A stretch of 44,653 bases of DNA from the NCBI RefSeq assembly GCF_004010195.1, contig NC_057720.1, positions 2,618,477 to 2,663,129 on the forward strand. Direction: 5' to 3'. The stretch is from Chiloscyllium plagiosum. Lineage: Eukaryota. Shown here piece after piece: positions 36,765-44,653 of the stretch. The stretch's first letter is position 1, and each line of letters opens with the position of its first letter. The notes under the pieces were generated by a model, which saw only the letters and a program-made list of their open reading frames with translations, was not told where the DNA came from and did not search any database. The position numbers and the translations under genes were made by a program.

Positions 36765-36858
36765 GGAGGTGGGACTAGATTGGGTTGGGATATCTGGTCG
36801 GCCTGGACGGGTTGGACCGAAGGGTCTGTTTCCATGCTATACATCTCTCTGACTCTAT
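36765..36858 (+). mobile_element. Orphan CR1 3' end (undeleted UTR)
   Basis: AGGTGGGACTAGATTGGG...GACTCTAT. Confidence 0.85.
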
Positions 36859-37482
36859 CCAGTCTTGGGCTGATATGTGGCAAGTAACATTCATGTTACA
36901 CAAATGCCAGGCTATGACCATCACCAATAACAGACAACCTAACCACCGCCCCTTGACACCCAATGGTGTTATCATCACTGAATCCCCCACTATCAATATT
37001 CTTGGGGTTACATTGTCCAGAAACTCAATTGGACTCACCACAAAAACACAATGGCACCAAAAGCAGGTCAAAAGCTGGCAATTCTGCAGTGAGTAACGCT
37101 GCTCCTGACTCCCTAAAGCCTGTGCACCATCTACAAAGCACAAGGTGGAATTCTCCCAACTTGCCTGGATGAATGCATCTTCTAAACTCATGACCACTTC
37201 TCTTGAGAAGGACAAGCGTGGCAGATACCTGGGAAGGACCTCCACCTGCAAGTTCCCCTCCAAGCCACTCACCATCCTGACTTGCAAATACATCGCTGTT
37301 TCTTCACTGTTGCTGGGTCAAAATCCTGAAATTCTCTCCCTAAGGGCAATGTGGGTCTACCTACAGCACATGGACTGCAGCGGTTCAAGAAGGCAGCTCA
37401 CTCCCACCTTCTCAAGGGGCAACAAAGGACGAGGAATAAATGCTAGCCCCAGCCAGTGATTTCCATGACCCGTTATGAATAA
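36859..37482 (+). mobile_element. 3' part of the old LINE
   Basis: IQSWADMWQVTFMLHKCQAM...INILGVT in ORF 36785..37096; AATAAATGCT tail. Confidence 0.8.
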
Positions 37483-38109
37483 GGACAATTCACTTAAATG
37501 TGACAAGTATAAAAGAAAAATAGGGAGACACATGCACTGATATTTGTGTGATGAAACCAACTGAACTGATTGGTTGTGTTTGAAATTAAGGCAGTGTTTT
37601 TCTGTAGACAACAGATCTGTGAACACATTGCATGCAGAGGTGCACACATCTTGCCTGCTAAAAGAATTAAAAACTGTTCAAACCGGTTATACTGAGAGTC
37701 TCTTTTTAAACTCAGCAGGTATTTGAAGTTGACCTTACTCAGTCCTAACATGCTGTCAAGTTGCTGTCTGAGTCATGAATCATTCCAGGCAGCTGGTACA
37801 ATCACCTTGTCATTTCAGTGAGTCACTCTGCAGCATCGTGATGTCAGTCTGTGCAATTTCAGTTCTCACTGAGGGGCTGAGGGAAGTTTTCCTGCTCCAC
37901 ACCCTTTCCCGCACTCTGCTCCTCAATTTATGGTGTTCACTGATAAGACAATGATTTGAAAATTCTCACCTGTGTTTTTGAATCTGACCATGACTTTGCT
38001 CCCTTCCTAACTCCAGAACTTCTCCCAGCTCGCTAGCTCTCCGAGTTCTCTTCTTTCCTTCAATTCTGCCCTCTTGAGCATCCCTCAATATTAACAACAC
38101 TAGCTTTGT

Positions 38110-38310
38110 TTGTGAATGGAATGAGCTGCCAAAAGAAGTGGTAGACACGAGTACAGTTACAACATTTAAAAGACATTCACACAGGGACATGAATGGGAAA
38201 GATTTAAATGGATATGGGCCAAATGCAGGCAAGTGGGACTAGTTTTGTCTGGCAAAGCTGGTCAACACGGACTGGTTGGTCCAAAGGCTCTGTTTCCATG
38301 CTGTATGGAT
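38110..38310 (+). mobile_element. CR1 3' end fragment
   Basis: TGGAATGAGCTGCC...TTTCCATGCTGTAT. Confidence 0.8.
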
Positions 38311-38749
38311 ATGCCTGGATCCTCATTCCTTCCTTTATCTTCTCCAATCTTCTACCTCACTTTCCTCCTTTATGCAGCTTCCTATAACCTACCACTTTAA
38401 CCAAGCAGTTTTTAAATCCTATATATTTACCTTGAATGGGGTGAATGGCCTACTCATGTTCTTATGTCCTATCTCTTGGTGCCAAATTTTGCTTTGTAAT
38501 CACTTCTTCAAAGAATTCCAGGATGTTTTACCACATCAAAGAAATGTAAGTTGTTATTGCTGTGGCCAATCAGCCCTGCTGTGCATTGCTATCCCATGCA
38601 CACTGTGTTGCTACTCCACTCTGACACCATCAGCCCCTCAGTAGCCTCATCCCCTCTTACCCACCCAAAATAATCCCCTCTTACCCATTCAGAATCTGAA
38701 CAAGCAGGGTTACATTTCATCTTTAAGAATATAAGTCAATGAAAATATA

Positions 38750-40310
38750 AATGGTGGCAAATGGATTTCACTGTAGGCAAATGAGAGGTGATCCATTTTG
38801 ATGGTCACAGTCTAAGAATGAGGGGTAAGCCATTCGGGACTGAGATGAGGACAAATGCCTTCACTTAGAGAGCTGTTAACCTGTGGAATTCTCTCCCATA
38901 GGAAGCTGTTGGAGCCAATTCTTTAGATAGATTCTAGAGGGAGCTGGACATGACCCTTACAGCTAAAGGGATCATAGAGAATGGGGAGAGGGCGGGATTA
39001 GGATACTGAGATTGTATGATCAACCATGATCATATTGAGTGGTGGAACTGGCTTGAAGGGCCAAATGGCTTATTCCTGCATCACCTTTCTATGTTTCTAT
39101 GGTTATATTTTTCTTAAAAGGAAAGAACATTTTTTTCTCTGAAGCGTAAAACTAGCAAATGTTGAAACATACTTTGTGATCCGATGTAACAGGCCATTAA
39201 AACCATCAGGTATACAAAATAATTTAAAAATGAACGGGGATGCTGGCCTTTGTATCTAGAGAACTGGATTAATGAGAAATAGGAACAGCCCTGGACCCTG
39301 CCCTTCCATCTAATAACTTCATGGCTGATCTGATTTCAGCTTCTTTCCTGCCCACCTCCTGGATAACTTTTGACTCTTTAATGTAACAAAAATCTCAGTC
39401 TTAATGACCCAGCCTCTACAATTCTCTGGAGAAGAAACTTCCAGAGATTAACAGCCCTGTCTTGGAGAAGAAGTTCCTCTTCACTTTCTACATCAATGGA
39501 AGGTGCCTTATTTTAAAATGGTGCCCCTTAATCCTGGATTCCCCCACCAGGGAACAGATTCGTTAAACTCTCTCAACATCTTTACTCCAAGAAAGTTGCC
39601 TCCTTTACTTCTAACCTTCAAACTGGGTACAAATCCAAACTGCTTAACCTTTCCTCATGAGACAAACACCTCATCACAACAGTCAGCCCAATGCACCTTC
39701 TGTGAGCAGCTTCCAATGTAGCTATTTCCTTCCTAAGTGCGGAGACCATAACTGTACAGTATTCCAGATGCAGTCTCACCAAAGCCCTGCACCATTGTAG
39801 CAAAGCTTAAAAATGTGTTGCTGGAAACCTCGATTATCCTGTTCCTTGGATGCTGCCTGACCTGCTGCGCTTTTCCAGCAACACATTTTTAAGCTCTGAT
39901 CTCCAGCATCTGCAGTCTTCACTTTCCACCATTGTAACAAATCCTTCCTACTTCCACACTCCATCCCCTCTCTATAAAGACCAATTTACCTTCCTAGTTA
40001 CTTTCAGTAATGCCATGTTAATGTTTCGTGATTCACGTACAAAGGCCGTCACTAAGAAATCCAGTCAGGAACTCTGGAAAAAATTCCTTACTGAGAAAGA
40101 TGTGAGAATGTGGAGCTCACTGCCACAGGGAGTGGTTGAACTGAACAATGTAGATACTATTGAAGAATGAGGGTAAAAGGACTAGAAGCGCACATTGATG
40201 GGGTGACATGGAGAGGGATGGGGGATGGCTCATGTGGAGCCAAAGTACCAGCATGGAGCAGCTCAGCTGAACGGCCTGGATCAGTGCTGTCAAATTGTAT
40301 GTTGTGATTT
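38750..40310. mobile_element. Cluster of degenerate CR1 fragments (+ 38750-39100, - about 39270-40035, + about 40040-40310)
   Basis: CTGTGGAATTCTCT, RALVRLHLEYC (minus), FLTEKDVRMWSSLPQGVVE motifs. Confidence 0.68.
39805..39926 (+). mobile_element. Family A Penelope-like element with hammerhead centre deleted
   Basis: 15-bp TSD CACCATTGTA(G/A)CAAA (39790-39804, 39927-39941). Confidence 0.8.
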
Positions 40311-40356
40311 AGATTATTACATGACACGTTTTCATTGTGTGTTTTTTTAATTTTAG

Positions 40357-41777
40357 GTGTAGACATTCTCCAAAAACTTGGTCTTACAGACAATGGAACA
40401 CGCTCTTCATCAGGATCACCTTCCCAACAGCCATCGCTCTTGCTACCTCGGGGAATCACAGCCACAGAGAATGGCATTATCCTGTCAAGTGACGCACACA
40501 TTGAAGCTGCGGTCACAAGCATAATGCCATTAGACACCAGCAATGACTTCACTATACTTGTTAGTCTCTGCTCTCATCGAGTCAACAACGCTTTCCTCGT
40601 TAGTATTAGAAATAAGAACAGACTGCAGTTTGGTGTGCAGGTTTTACCAAGAAAATTAGTTGTGTATGTTGCTGAGAAGCAATCTGTATATTTTGCATAT
40701 AATGCTCACAATGGGCAATGGCATTCATTTGCCATTTCAATTAAAGGCAAAACTGCTACATTTTCTTCCGACTGTGGGGAGAAGCTCATCAGTAAGGAGC
40801 TGCTCGTCAAACCACAGAAATTTGTTTCCGGTAGCAAGTTCACCTTAGGAAGGATGAACTGGAATGCAGTTCCATTTGAAGGTGCCTTGTGCCAGCTGGA
40901 TATTTATCCTGATGCACAAGCTTTGTTGAACTATTGCAATTACGTGAAGAAGCAATGTCGCCTGGCTGACACTTACCGATCCCTGTCACCCTCACTTTCC
41001 ACTACGTCTCCCGAAGTTACCAACTCAAGCTTGGGAGACACAAGGTCTTCACTGAGTGAAGAGATGCAAGGAAGTTCAACACCAACATCAACCCATACCA
41101 CAAGTACACATGGACAAAATATTACTGATGAGGATGAATATTTAGGCCACTCATTAGATGGAGTTGTTGAAACCAATACTCAAAGGAACTTGGAAGAATC
41201 AAAGATTTTGACCCAATTACCTCCAACGTCAACCCCTCATTTCAATGATAGAACAAGATCGCATTCATGGAATGACTCAAGGCTTGACCCTGACCTTGTC
41301 CAGGTTCTCCTTGACCAAACTTTCAACTCAAGTGTGAGAAAATTCAAAGAATTGTCCAGCAGGGAAGGAGCTGAATCGAAAGCAGACCAATCTGAAAATG
41401 TTACAGAGAACGGAAATGCAGAGAATTCAAAGATTTCTGATGAAGATTTCTCACCCTTGACTTCGCTGCTGAAACAACACACAATAAAAGAAAGCCTTAG
41501 AAATGTAAACCAGCCTGAGGTCACAAAGGAAATTTCAGACCAGCTTCTGGAAATACAGATGATCAATGCAACACTGTACAGAACATCAACAGACACCTCT
41601 TCACTAAACCAGAACAGTTTATGGGATGAAAACGGTTACTCGCCTGTGGACTCAGATCACAACATGGAAAATTCACAAGAAATTGATATTGAAAACTACG
41701 ATTACGATTATGAAGACTTCCTCGATTATTTAGATTATGAAGGCTTACCTGGGCCAAAGGGGGATCCAGGACCACCT
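40357..41777 (+). CDS. COL24A1: Large internal coding exon (1421 bp) of collagen alpha-1(XXIV): TSPN/LamG domain, variable region, first Gly-X-Y triplets
   Basis: Acceptor TTTTTTTAATTTTAG|GT (phase 1), donor CCT|GTAAGT (phase 0); open 474 codons; SHRVNNAFLVSIRNKNRLQFGVQVLPRKLVV, QWHSFAI, CQLDI, YCNYVKKQCR match COL24A1 as I recall it better than COL27A1; ends GLPGPKGDPGPP. Confidence 0.9.
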
Positions 41778-41856
41778 GTAAGTCTTTTGAATAAATTCAA
41801 CCAGTGATCCATACATGCTCATCAAAAAGGTCTCAAGGAATGGTATTTACGATTGT

Positions 41857-42076
41857 GGAGAAAGTGAGGTCTGCAGATGCTGGAGATCAGAGCTAAAAAT
41901 GTGTTGCTGGAAAAGCGCAGCAAGTCAGGCAGCATCCAAGGAACAGGAGAATCGACGTTTCGGGCATAAGCCCTTCTTCAGGATTCCTGAAGAAGGGCTT
42001 ATGCCTGAAACGTCGATTCTCCTGTTCCCTGGATGCTGCCTGACCTGCTGCGCTTTTCCAGCAACACATTTTCAGC
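41857..42076 (-). mobile_element. Palindromic family A Penelope-like element, best-preserved copy
   Basis: 13-bp TSD TATTTACGATTGT (41844-41856, 42077-42089); 93-bp arms centred on 41984; 34-nt unpaired tail 41857-41890. Confidence 0.88.
41949..41986 (-). ncRNA. Minimal type I hammerhead ribozyme motif (mirror copy on + at 41982-42019)
   Basis: GAAUC-CUGAAGA-A-GGGC-uuau-GCCC-GAAA-CGUC-GAUUC. Confidence 0.72.
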
Positions 42077-42519
42077 TATTTACGATTGTGAAAGAGTTGA
42101 AAATGATAAAGGTAGAGCAGATGTTAATTATGTATTCATGGGTTCAAAACGAGAAACCATAAGTGTAGCAAAATCCCTAAGAAATCCATCTGAGCATTCA
42201 GGAGAACATCTTTATCCAGAGAACGGGGAGAATGTGGAACTTGCTGTCACATGGAATGGTTGAAATATGTTATTGAATCCATGTGAAATCGTATTGATCT
42301 ATAACTTTATTCTTAAGTGTGTGTGTGTGTATTAAGGGTAGGGTTGGCACTTGTGGTTTTACAGTTTGAGAAATGGAATCATTTCATATCTTTTTAGCCA
42401 CTTCATAAAATGCCAGCAGTTGTGATGAGGCAAGAACAGGCAAGGGCTGTCCAAAGTGTCACAAACATTCTTTAAAAAAAAATGGTGATTGTAAATTCCA
42501 TGCTATGGTTCAGGAAGTC

Positions 42520-42655
42520 CATAAGAGCATAAGAACTAGGAGTGGAAGTAAGGCCATTCGACCCATCGAGTCCACTCTGCCATTCAATCATGGCTGATGG
42601 GCATTTCAATGCCACTTACCAGCACTCTGCCCATATTCCTTAATTCCTTGCGATT
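42520..42655 (-). mobile_element. CR1 3' end fragment
   Basis: CATAAGAGCATAAGAAC tail, GGCCATTCGACCC...TCAATCATGGCTGAT. Confidence 0.75.
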
Positions 42656-42715
42656 AGATATTGCCAGGGGCTCTCTCTGAGGATTCTAACACAAATCTTA
42701 GTGATGTTGACGTTA

Positions 42716-42922
42716 GGAGAAAGTGAGGACTGCAGTTGCTGGAGATCAGAATCGAAAAGTGTGGTGCTGGATAAGCACAGCCAGTCAGGCAGCATCCGAG
42801 GAGCAGGAGAATCGATGTATCGAGCATAAACTCTTCAGAGCTTACGCTTAAAATGTTGACTGTCCTGCTCCTCGGATGTTGCCTGACTGGCTGTGCTTTT
42901 CCAGCACCACACTTTTCGACTC
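42716..42922 (-). mobile_element. Palindromic family A variant, centre eroded
   Basis: Inverted arms and tail as in 41857; degenerate TSD TGATGTTGA. Confidence 0.77.
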
Positions 42923-42959
42923 TGATGTTGATGATAAAACAGGAGGCAGGCTTGATATG

Positions 42960-43766
42960 TTTTCACTCGTAGGATGTGGGTGTCACTGGCTGGACCAGCA
43001 TTTTGTTTCTCTAGTTGCCCCTTGAGAAGGCGGTGGTGAGCTGCCTTCTTGAACCGCTGCAGTCCATGTGGTATAATTAGTACCACAATTCCTTCGGGAG
43101 GAAATTCCAGGATTTTGACCCAATGATAGTTTAGGAATGGCTGAATCATCAGTGGCTTGGAGGCTAACTATCCATGTATCTGTTGCCCTTGTCCTTCTAG
43201 ATGGAAATGGTCACGGGTTTGGAAGATGCGGTCTGAGGATCTTTTGTGAGTTTCTGCAGTGCATCTTGAAAATAGTACGCACTGCTGCTACTGAGCGTCA
43301 GTAGTGGTGGGAGTGGATATTTGTGGATGTGGTGCCAATCAAGTGGGGACTGCTTTGTTCAGGATGGTGTCGAGCTTCTTGAGTGTTGTTGGAGCTGAAC
43401 CCATCCAGGCAAGTGGGGAGTATTCCATCACACTCCTGACTTGGGCCTTGTAGGTGGTGGACAGGCTTTGGGGAGTCAGGAGGTGAGTTACTGCAGGATT
43501 CCTAGTCTCTGACCTGCTCTTGTAGCCACTAGGTTTAAGTGGTGAATCTAATTGAGCTCCTAGTCAATGGTAACCTCCAAGATGTTGATAGTAGGGAATT
43601 CAGTGATGGTAACATCATTGAATGTCAAGGGCCGATGGTTAGTTTGTCTCTTTTTGGTGATGTTCATAGCCCGGCATTTATGTGGTGAGAAGGTTAGTTA
43701 CTACATGTCAGCACAAGCCTGGATATTGTTCAGGTCTTGTTGTGTTTGAACATGGACTGCTTCAGT
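42960..43766 (-). mobile_element. Old LINE 3' portion (same family as 36859-37482)
   Basis: Colinear reverse-complement similarity to 36859-37482 and 34531-34570. Confidence 0.8.
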
Positions 43767-44428
43767 TGTTTTCTTGACATCTGGTTGAAAGCATCCGGAA
43801 CTGAAGCAGGGCTGACCAAGTTTGCTTCAATAGCATCAGAAGCAGAGGGTGTGCAATGGTGAACTTCACTGGGCCACTGATGCTCAGCATCTTTATCTGA
43901 CTGCCTGTTATTGGGGTCCTCAGCAATTTTCATTTGTGATGATCATTGTAAAAATCTCAGACAAGCAAAACAATATGCATTTATACAGAAACTTTAACAA
44001 AGTTAAGACAAGGTACAGCTACATGACGAGGTTTCATCAAAGGGGAAGGTTTCAACGACCATCCTCCAAGAGGAGGGAGAGGTTTTATGGAGGAACTCCA
44101 GGCTCTGGCACAGCAGTTAATGCTACAGCTCAGCAGGTGCTGCTGTAATACAACGTACGCCATTATTTCCACATACACTGTGCCCTCCAACACCAGTACG
44201 CTTCCATTCCCCCAGACACCTCCCAACAGCAAAATGCCAACAGGTCAGAGCTTACCCATCACAGTCAGTACAGGAGAGGGACTGACTCAACCAAGAAAAC
44301 ACCGTGTAATGATGCAGTAAGTGCCACATTACAATAGTTATGTAATGCCACCTTAGAGTGATAGAGATATACAGCACGGAAACAGACCCTTTGGACCTGA
44401 ATCAATCAACATTGATCTATATTAATAG

Positions 44429-44653
44429 AAGAGCAGAGCAGTAGTAATTGGGGACTCGATAGTTAGGGGCACAGATAGGCGGTTTTGTGGGAACGAGAGA
44501 AACTCACGTTTGGTATGTTGCCTCCCAGGTGCAAGGGTACGTGATGTCTCTGATCGTGTTTTCCGGGTCCTGGAGGGGGAGGGGGAGCAGCCCGAAGTCG
44601 TGGTCCATATTGGCACCAATGACATAGGTAGGAGGAGTGCCGAGGATGTTAGA
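44429..44653 (+). mobile_element. CR1 ORF1 SGNH esterase domain, open to the window end
   Basis: My translation (not in ORF track): KSRAVVIGDSIVRGTDRRFCG...VCCLPGARVRDV...VVVHIGTNDIG. Confidence 0.88.

Noticed and set aside
40335..40356. ORF-track start (TTG) and end (41807) of the 490-aa ORF
   Set aside because: These parts are the intronic polypyrimidine tract and the post-donor read-through; true exon is 40357-41777.
41815..42162. Recurrent peptide MCCWKSAAGQAASKEQENRRF in several ORFs
   Set aside because: Translation of the non-coding family A arm; appears on both strands because the element is palindromic.

Overview
Eukaryotic, repeat-dense genomic DNA from an elasmobranch (shark-type HE1/V-SINEs, CR1/HER1 LINEs, SacSINE1-like DeuSINEs; a bamboo/carpet shark is plausible but is only an inference). 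The only host coding sequence I can support is one large internal exon (40357-41777, +) of a clade C fibrillar collagen, most likely COL24A1 (TSPN domain, variable region, start of Gly-X-Y). Nearly all other ORFs in the track are transposon fragments or repeat artefacts. There is a 514-nt assembly gap at 1554-2067. Highlights: (i) about 18 short insertions from four sequence families; most retain an intact or decayed minimal hammerhead-ribozyme core (CUGAnGA-A-stem II-GAAA-palindrome-UH) with compensatory covariation, often back to back in a long hairpin, and several have 12-16 bp target-site duplications, i.e. Penelope-like terminal fragments / retrozyme-like elements; (ii) two local inversions with inverted duplications at their breakpoints that can be reconstructed from split repeats (25662-27062 and 33913-36858); (iii) two minisatellites born from retroposon sub-sequences (25-bp unit from a CR1 3' hairpin; 33-bp unit from a DeuSINE). 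Repeat boundaries are read by eye and approximate unless TSDs are quoted.
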